Positions 57,895 through 64,000 of a stretch of 64,000 nt of DNA are shown one piece after another. Position 1 is the first letter of the stretch. Each line of letters begins with the position of its first letter. Source of the stretch: Thermoplasmata archaeon (GTDB lineage: Archaea > Thermoplasmatota > Thermoplasmata > Halarchaeoplasmatales > Halarchaeoplasmataceae). The translations under genes were made by a program, and so were the position numbers. A model generated the notes under the pieces. That model saw only the letters and a program-made list of their open reading frames with translations. It made no database searches and was not told the origin of the DNA. The stretch is taken from NCBI GenBank assembly GCA_003552585.1, contig PUNK01000010.1, positions 43,909-107,908 on the forward strand, read 5' to 3'.

Positions 57895-58350
57895 CTATAT
57901 CTTTATACCGAGCAGTTTTGCCCACTTATCGAGAATGTATTCTGTAAGAACGTAGCCCTTTCCATGGGACTCCTCCATCTCTCTCACCACTTTTCTCTTT
58001 TCCAATTTTTTTAACCTATCCCTCACGGTATGTCGGGACGCAGATCCCCTCTTATGCCTCAAACGTTCGGTGATTTGAGTAATGTTCAACGTACCTCCAG
58101 ACGATAACATCAACTCGACTATCCCCTCCATGATAGGATCATCTATTTCAGGAAGTAAGGAAGGAGATACCTTTCCATGCCTCTTATAGAGTGAGAGCAT
58201 CTGTATGTACTTCCTTTCGATCTCAGAGTTGGTCGATAGCTTATCCAATACGTTACTGTGAAGATTCATGAGATTCTCGAGCATTCGCTCAAGATTTTTG
58301 ACCTGACCTTTAAGAGATCTTATCTCTTCTCGTAATTCATCTTCCGCCAT
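57895..58350 (-). CDS. Coiled-coil + winged-HTH transcription regulator
   Basis: N-terminal leucine zipper, then NITQIT..LR..RGSASRHTVRDRL..L. ATG 58350. Confidence 0.78.
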   Translation of the reverse strand: MAEDELREEIRSLKGQVKNLERMLENLMNLHSNVLDKLSTNSEIERKYIQMLSLYKRHGKVSPSLLPEIDDPIMEGIVELMLSSGGTLNITQITERLRHKRGSASRHTVRDRLKKLEKRKVVREMEESHGKGYVLTEYILDKWAKLLGIKI

Positions 58351-58457
58351 TTGGAAGTCTATAACACAGAATATCAATAAGATTTTTGGAGAATGTATTT
58401 TTCAAAAAACGTACTTCCTAAATGATTAAGTAGTATCAATGCATAAGTAAAATCAGC

Positions 58458-58805
58458 ATGAGCCCAAAGTTCTCTGTTGAAGATGTGGACTGTGAAACGG
58501 TACTCGACTGTTTATACGACCTTTCAAAGGTCGAAAAAAAGGTACTGTCAATCCTAGGAGAGGATGAAGAACTTAGAACACGTGATGTGGCGGAAGAGAT
58601 CGATAAGGATCAAAGCACAGCCTACCGGGCTTTGGAGAAACTGGTGGGATGCGGGATAGTCTACAAAGAAAAAAGGACCATCCGTAACGGAGGATACTAT
58701 TACGTTTATTCCGCACGCCCAATGGAGCATGTGCAGGAGGAGGCAAAGGATTGCCTAAATGAATGGTATGAGAATATGAAAGATGCGATCGATAATATGG
58801 ATTGA
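58458..58805 (+). CDS. TrmB/MarR-like HTH regulator with N-terminal cysteines
   Basis: CETVLDCLYDLS...VAEEIDKDQSTAYRALEKL..CG....GGYYYVY. Confidence 0.82.
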   Translation: MSPKFSVEDVDCETVLDCLYDLSKVEKKVLSILGEDEELRTRDVAEEIDKDQSTAYRALEKLVGCGIVYKEKRTIRNGGYYYVYSARPMEHVQEEAKDCLNEWYENMKDAIDNMD

Positions 58806-59135
58806 TTATATCTCGAATACATCTTTAAACTTATCTTCGAATTCATCACGGGGAAGAGCTCCTTTTGCCTGATCTACTATTTCACCATTTTTTATGAACA
58901 AGAAAGCTGGTATGGACTGTATGCCATACCTGTTGGCGATGTTACTGTTTTTTTCCACATTTACTTTGGCAAAGCTGATCTTTCCACGATAGTCCTCGGC
59001 AAGTTCTTTGATCGTTGGTTCGACCATTTTACAGGGTCCGCACCATGTTGCCCAAAAATCAACCACTGCCTGTTCGTTTTCTTCTAAAAATTCATCGAAG
59101 GTTTCGTCATCTACGTCTCGTATCTCTCCGCTCAT
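58806..59135 (-). CDS. trxA: Thioredoxin
   Basis: DFWATWCGPCK, SIP; SD GGAGGT. Confidence 0.96.
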   Translation of the reverse strand: MSGEIRDVDDETFDEFLEENEQAVVDFWATWCGPCKMVEPTIKELAEDYRGKISFAKVNVEKNSNIANRYGIQSIPAFLFIKNGEIVDQAKGALPRDEFEDKFKDVFEI

Positions 59136-59251
59136 CTAATTACCTCCATTTTTCAGGAAAGTTGTAAACAATCAAAACTATTTAGTTATTTGCTTTTAGG
59201 GTGTGATAATTCAAACAAACTTTATATCTTGGGATCGTGTGAAAGAGGTAG

Positions 59252-59470
59252 ATGAATTCTAGAGACAAGGAATACCTACGAAGGGCGTTGAAAAGCCAAA
59301 GACCCCATGAGAAATTTAATGCAGCACTTGCAAGAGAGGTAAGCGATGAATTGGAGAATAAAGAAGGATACCGGACTTATATAGACCTGATAAACAAGGT
59401 GAGGCGGAGGGCAAAAGAAAACGAGTCTACACAGGAAGATGCTGCTAAATCATTGATCAAGGGCGAATGA
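59252..59470 (+). CDS. Small hypothetical protein
   Basis: 72-aa helical ORF with SD GAGGT and an upstream TATA-like TTTATA. Confidence 0.6.
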   Translation: MNSRDKEYLRRALKSQRPHEKFNAALAREVSDELENKEGYRTYIDLINKVRRRAKENESTQEDAAKSLIKGE

Positions 59471-59473
59471 TAT

Positions 59474-61186
59474 TCAAATTTTTATCCTCAATCTTCTCTT
59501 TATGACCATAGCACCCACGGTCATCCCGGCATATGACATGGTTACCACGAACCATACGTTGGGTGATAAAGCCCTTTCCACTGCGGAGAGATCAACATCC
59601 AGTTCCGTAGCATAAGGAACGGTGATGTACTTCTCATTATCCCCATAAATTATCAAGAGCTCGTCACCCGGTTCGCAAAAATCAGGTCTTTGAAGATTTA
59701 TGCTGAAAGGCCCTTCCGAAACGTTTTTTTCCAACGTACTTCCGGTCCTTAGATTTTCGATCACTATGTCATAAGAAGAGGACGAATATCCAGTAAGCTT
59801 TAAATCACCACTGGCCAGCACTTTCTCGTATATGTAATTCTGTAAGGTTCCATCCAGTGTTAAATAAGCTTCTACCTCGTAATGTCCAGCGCCTAAAGAA
59901 AACTCGATAATCTCTTCTTTTTCCAAAATCTCCTCTGAATATACCATATCCAAACCTTGGTAAATGTCCACCTCGACTACCGCATTTTGAAGCAGATGAT
60001 TTACTTCCATGTTGAGGGTTCCGTTATCTTCTTCGACATCTACATAAAAAGAGCCATCTCCAAAAGATGGTGGTGGATTTTCCAACACATCCAACCACTC
60101 ACCCCAACCGGTTTCTTTGATCTGAAGGGGATCGTATCCATATGTGGTTCCGTCTCGAGTGAGGTGGATCAAGGGGCCATAAGAGTTCTCTGCGGTGCTC
60201 GAGTGCTTGACCACCGATCTGTTCAAGCCTTCCCTAAGTTCTGTACCTCTCCTTCTTAGGCGACCAGTGTTAACATGACTATCGACCTTCATAGTAAAAT
60301 GATAAAGATCCCTCGGATAGGGCGGTGGAGAGAATCTTTGGGTATCCGATTTTGCAGCGGTCAGTTCTTGGTAAAAGTGGGGAACGGACATTTTCAATTC
60401 CGAGGTATACAGAGAAAGGGATTCGATAGGAAGTTCGTCGGTCCGTACAGCGGTCATACCCGAAGGCAGTTGAAAGTTGTACTTTACCCAATCATGATAT
60501 TCCTCTACGATAGTACTTGCTAGATTTTCAGGGGGAATGGAAGGTTCTTGATAGAGAGCTTTTGTGATCCTATCGTAAGGCCATCCGGCTAAAGGTACTT
60601 CCTGTGGAGCCGCTACGATGTAATCCGCGTTGTCTTTAAGCTCAAGATACACTTCAAAAAGACCCATCGTGCAGGAGTCGAAACCTATGATGTCGAACCT
60701 GTGTCCGTCCAGAGCATATTCCATCTCTTGGATGGTGAGTTTATCAAAGCCTTCTAATGGCATTCCTTTCCAGGTGCTCCCATGTCCCCAGAGATCCAAT
60801 AGAGTGTATTCAGAGGGATATTCAGAGAGGGACCAGGAAGCAAAATCCCTAAGCGTGTACGGGCTGCTCATATCGACTTCGTCATCCCACGTGTTGTTCA
60901 CAAGTGATAGCGACATATTATGGAGTATACCATCTGCAACCCTGATCAGCCTACTATCGCCCTCTTCCTTCTGATCGGCCAGTACGATTATCTCCACCTG
61001 TGGACCCGGGTCTACTTCCATAAGTTCTTCGAGGTCTCGGTCAACCTGATCGCTGATATCATCCGGTTCGCCACCTCCGCCCATGTATATCATCACTGTC
61101 CATCGTCGATCCTCTTCGGATACGTTAGTAGGAGGTACAAGGGAGAGCAAAAGCAGTATGACCGCCACCAGGATGAGTCTTCGCAT
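59474..61186 (-). CDS. Secreted, membrane-anchored clostripain-family (C11) cysteine peptidase
   Basis: Signal peptide, WTVMIYM, catalytic WGHG and GFDSC.M, GWPY, C-terminal TM. Confidence 0.88.
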   Translation of the reverse strand: MRRLILVAVILLLLSLVPPTNVSEEDRRWTVMIYMGGGGEPDDISDQVDRDLEELMEVDPGPQVEIIVLADQKEEGDSRLIRVADGILHNMSLSLVNNTWDDEVDMSSPYTLRDFASWSLSEYPSEYTLLDLWGHGSTWKGMPLEGFDKLTIQEMEYALDGHRFDIIGFDSCTMGLFEVYLELKDNADYIVAAPQEVPLAGWPYDRITKALYQEPSIPPENLASTIVEEYHDWVKYNFQLPSGMTAVRTDELPIESLSLYTSELKMSVPHFYQELTAAKSDTQRFSPPPYPRDLYHFTMKVDSHVNTGRLRRRGTELREGLNRSVVKHSSTAENSYGPLIHLTRDGTTYGYDPLQIKETGWGEWLDVLENPPPSFGDGSFYVDVEEDNGTLNMEVNHLLQNAVVEVDIYQGLDMVYSEEILEKEEIIEFSLGAGHYEVEAYLTLDGTLQNYIYEKVLASGDLKLTGYSSSSYDIVIENLRTGSTLEKNVSEGPFSINLQRPDFCEPGDELLIIYGDNEKYITVPYATELDVDLSAVERALSPNVWFVVTMSYAGMTVGAMVIKRRLRIKI

Positions 61187-61216
61187 CGTTTCTAATCACT
61201 CACCGCAAGACTATAT

Positions 61217-62275
61217 TTATTTTGTGCATTCCTTTATCTCGATGCCCCTTGACATTAAACCATCGATGAAGCGGTCGTAGAGCTCCGGTTTTCGACCGAC
61301 AAGTTCAGGAGGGACCACACCTGGCTCAAATCTTCCTTCCAAGACGTACCTCGCTATCAAGGCAGTTGTGAAACCGGTTGTCCTTGCCATAGAAGATAAC
61401 CCGTCTTTAGCGGTATCCCAAAGTGTATACTCCATCTTTTCACCTGTCGTTCCGATAGCTTCGACTTTAAGTAAAGAAAAATCTTTGCCTGGAATATGCA
61501 TGAGTGGAAGGAGCACTTCTAAAGTGCTTTGTAAATGCTCTTCATCGAAAAATCCAAGGTCTCTAAGAACCTTCATTTTATCGAGGTGCCCAGGCCATCG
61601 AAGTGTGGTCTCTTCTAACCTATCTACTTCTATTGTTTTTAGCAGTGTTCTGAGTCCATCGCTGTAGAACTCCTCTAACTCTAGACCACATATGTTGACT
61701 TTGTTTATTTCTTCAAGAGGGTCTAGTTCTACGATTTGTCCATTATGGACCTGCCTGGCCGGTCTCGTATACTCCTCTATGAGATCAACTGGGGACCAGG
61801 TTGACGTGTAGTAAAGAGGAGGTTCCGGGTTCTCGGGAAGGCCACATATGCGGATAAAGCACTCCTCCATATCCATCAACTCAGATAAACGTCCAACAAA
61901 CACATTGCTGATCCCCGGTCCAAATCCCGCGTCTACAACAAGGCTAACACCCTTCTTTCGAGCACCATTGTCCAGAGAAAAGGGATCCTCCGGCATGAAA
62001 GAAACATCGACTGCATCTACACCCGCCTCTACAGACTGTTCTAAAAGTTCGTACCCGAACTTGCCAGGAACAGAACTTATAACAAGGTCAAAATCACTGA
62101 TGAACTCACGGACCTTATCTTTCTGGGAGACATCGATCAGATGTGTATCCCCATGACCCTCTAAATATGAGAGTTTGACTTCGTCGACATCTGCTATGTG
62201 CATCTCAACTTCTTCAGCTAGATCTTTAACTATTGCCTTGCCTACATTTCCAGCTCCAAATAAAATGACCTTCAT
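61217..62275 (-). CDS. Saccharopine dehydrogenase family / L-lysine 6-dehydrogenase-like
   Basis: GAGNVG, DVSF, DAGFGPG.SN, GLP, WS..DLIEEYTRPAR, DGLRTL, TLRWPGH, SMARTTG. Confidence 0.88.
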   Translation of the reverse strand: MKVILFGAGNVGKAIVKDLAEEVEMHIADVDEVKLSYLEGHGDTHLIDVSQKDKVREFISDFDLVISSVPGKFGYELLEQSVEAGVDAVDVSFMPEDPFSLDNGARKKGVSLVVDAGFGPGISNVFVGRLSELMDMEECFIRICGLPENPEPPLYYTSTWSPVDLIEEYTRPARQVHNGQIVELDPLEEINKVNICGLELEEFYSDGLRTLLKTIEVDRLEETTLRWPGHLDKMKVLRDLGFFDEEHLQSTLEVLLPLMHIPGKDFSLLKVEAIGTTGEKMEYTLWDTAKDGLSSMARTTGFTTALIARYVLEGRFEPGVVPPELVGRKPELYDRFIDGLMSRGIEIKECTK

Positions 62276-63022
62276 TTATTTCACCTTCTTTATCTTGAAG
62301 AGACAGTGCTCGTGTCCCGTTCCATAACATTCTTGCTCTTGAACACTGTATTCAACCCCCAATTTTGATTTCAGCACACCTTCCAAAAGTCCTTCATCGA
62401 GAGAGCACAAACTTTGTCCAGTCTCGACCGTTTTACTGCAGTCGAAGCAGTCTAGAACCTTAACTCCATCGTATCCTTTCCATTCGATCCTTCCAAGACC
62501 GTTCTTTTCCCAGAAATCGGATAGCTGTGCCATAACCTCATCATAAGAGGACGCATCCATATCCTCTGCCAGCACTCTTCCCACATCCCTACCGATCTCT
62601 TTAAGTGCTGGATGTATATCTAGGCCAAAGGATTGTAGGCCGTAACGAATCAGATGAAAGAGATTTTTTAAGAAAAGGTATTCGTCTCCGGATGAATTCT
62701 TTAAATTTTGAAGCATTTTGAGGTACTCCTCCTTGAAAGGAGATTCTGGTTGACCTAAAAGTTTTGAACTCAGTACGAATATCTTCTTCCGTTTGTCAGC
62801 TGGATGTTTTCTCTCCTTCAAAATGCCCATGTCCTTCAGATCTGATAGATGGACTGAAATCGTAGATTTTGCCAAACCGAGCTCTGCCTGAAGCTCTGAT
62901 GAGGTCATCTCTTTCTCGTTCAACAGCTCTATTATTGCATTTTTTGTAGGCGCTTCCAGTATCACAGTCCCTTTCGGAGTTGAATATATCTTGATATCAT
63001 CTGACATGTCTGCGACCTGCAT
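62276..63022 (-). CDS. ArsR-HTH + V4R domain regulator (MsvR-like)
   Basis: KSTISVHL..L...GI...D.RKK HTH; V4R with W...GLG, CFDC, C.LDEG, E.EC...G..HC.F. Alternative start at 63007. Confidence 0.85.
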   Translation of the reverse strand: MQVADMSDDIKIYSTPKGTVILEAPTKNAIIELLNEKEMTSSELQAELGLAKSTISVHLSDLKDMGILKERKHPADKRKKIFVLSSKLLGQPESPFKEEYLKMLQNLKNSSGDEYLFLKNLFHLIRYGLQSFGLDIHPALKEIGRDVGRVLAEDMDASSYDEVMAQLSDFWEKNGLGRIEWKGYDGVKVLDCFDCSKTVETGQSLCSLDEGLLEGVLKSKLGVEYSVQEQECYGTGHEHCLFKIKKVK

Positions 63023-63049
63023 GTTTATTGTTCATAGAAGGATAAATAA

Positions 63050-63094
63050 TTTGTCCTTGTACGAACGTTCGTTATTACCCGAAACATTTTTAAA
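63050..63094. promoter_or_regulatory. Two adjacent MsvR-type operator boxes next to the cooS TATA box
   Basis: TTTG-N8-CGAA (63050-63065) and TTCG-N8-CGAA (63068-63083), then TTTTTAAA (63087-63094). Confidence 0.65.
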
Positions 63095-63128
63095 GTTAGT
63101 AAATGTTGAAGATTAAACAGGTGTTAAT

Positions 63129-64000
63129 ATGGATAAAAGAAGTGCACATAGGTCTGTAGAAGAGATGTATTCAAAGGTGAAAGAGAGAGGGTTGACTAAC
63201 GTTCACGACAGGTTCGATGCAATGGAAAAGATCAGATGCAATTTCTGTGCCAAGGGAGTAAGGTGTAACATATGCAGCCAGGGTCCATGCCGAATAATAC
63301 CCGGCAAAGTGGACCGAGGCGTCTGTGGGATAGACGTGGACGGGATGGTGATGAGGAACCTGCTGAGGATAAATACCATGGGTACTACCGCTTACACTTA
63401 TCATGCCAATACAGCTGCAAAGACACTAAAAGCAACGGCCCAGGGAAAAACGATTTTTGAAATAAACGATATAGAGAAGTTAAAAAGAGTGTCTGAGAAA
63501 CTCGGTTTAGATGCAAACAAAAGTAAGGAAGAGCTGGCCGAGGATTTAGCAGACTTCTTGATAGAGGAGATCAACCGTGACAGTGACGAACCTTCTAAGG
63601 TACTCATGGCATTTGCACCCAATAGTAGGAAAGAGAAGTGGGAAGAGCTGGGAATTCTGCCGGGAGGTCCTCTCCACGAGACCATGGATGTCAACACAAG
63701 CGTCATGACCAACGTGGACAGCGATTACGTGAGCATGGGATTGAAAACACTTAGGATGGGATTGGCCACTGCATACGGATCACTTACCTTGTTAGAAGAG
63801 ATACAGGATATACTCTTCGGTACAGCCGAGCCCCACGAAGCTGAAGTGGATATGGGCGTCATCGATCCGGAATATGTGAATATACTGCCCAATGGACACG
63901 AGCCCTTCATGGGCGCTGCCTTGATCATGCTGGCTAGACAAGACAAAGTACAGGAGATGGCCAGAGAAAAGGGTGCAAAAGGGATCCGGATAATCGGTTC
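63129..64000 (+). CDS. cooS: Ni-CODH (CooS)-family catalytic subunit, 3' partial, non-canonical type
   Basis: Not in the ORF track. ATG 63129 after SD AGGTG translates to MDKRSAH...RCNFCAKGVRCNICSQGPCRI...RGVCGID...QDILFGT...VNILPNGHEP...IRIIGS, open to the window end. Confidence 0.9.
   Translation, partial: MDKRSAHRSVEEMYSKVKERGLTNVHDRFDAMEKIRCNFCAKGVRCNICSQGPCRIIPGKVDRGVCGIDVDGMVMRNLLRINTMGTTAYTYHANTAAKTLKATAQGKTIFEINDIEKLKRVSEKLGLDANKSKEELAEDLADFLIEEINRDSDEPSKVLMAFAPNSRKEKWEELGILPGGPLHETMDVNTSVMTNVDSDYVSMGLKTLRMGLATAYGSLTLLEEIQDILFGTAEPHEAEVDMGVIDPEYVNILPNGHEPFMGAALIMLARQDKVQEMAREKGAKGIRIIG

Noticed and set aside
63171-63946. Short ORFs listed at the window end
   Set aside because: Shadows of the plus-strand cooS frame starting at 63129.

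Overview
Archaeal chromosomal window, most consistent with a halophilic, peptide-fermenting member of Thermoplasmatota. This is inferred from archaeal information-processing genes (pcn, priL, rpl15e, rpl18a, pfdA, ftsY, GPN and NOG1 GTPases, purP, mptA) and very acidic exported proteins. It holds about 65 CDS, one tRNA-Pro(CGG), a probable eL15 leader RNA and an intein in a class II ribonucleotide reductase. I saw no rRNA, CRISPR array or IS element. Two CDS missing from the ORF track run off the window ends: a >2000-aa repeat-containing S8 protease (1..6055, minus) and a CooS-family protein (63129..>64000, plus). Best candidates for undescribed biology: (1) an 8-gene operon at 28111-30911 with three paralogous neck/coiled-coil proteins, a fourth membrane-anchored coiled coil (all four carry an R/K-h-x-x-h-E trimer motif), a Zn-ribbon protein, a tandem PRC-barrel protein and a stand-alone Cdc48-N-like double-psi barrel; (2) two unannotated, related 25-aa micropeptides, each with its own Shine-Dalgarno site, transcribed away from an ArsR-type regulator across a palindromic TATA box flanked by repeated operator boxes (32643-32952); (3) a wHTH-STAND-TPR regulator facing the giant protease; (4) a Nep1 paralogue lacking its RNA-binding arginines; (5) an MsvR-like regulator with MsvR-type boxes in front of a non-canonical CooS.
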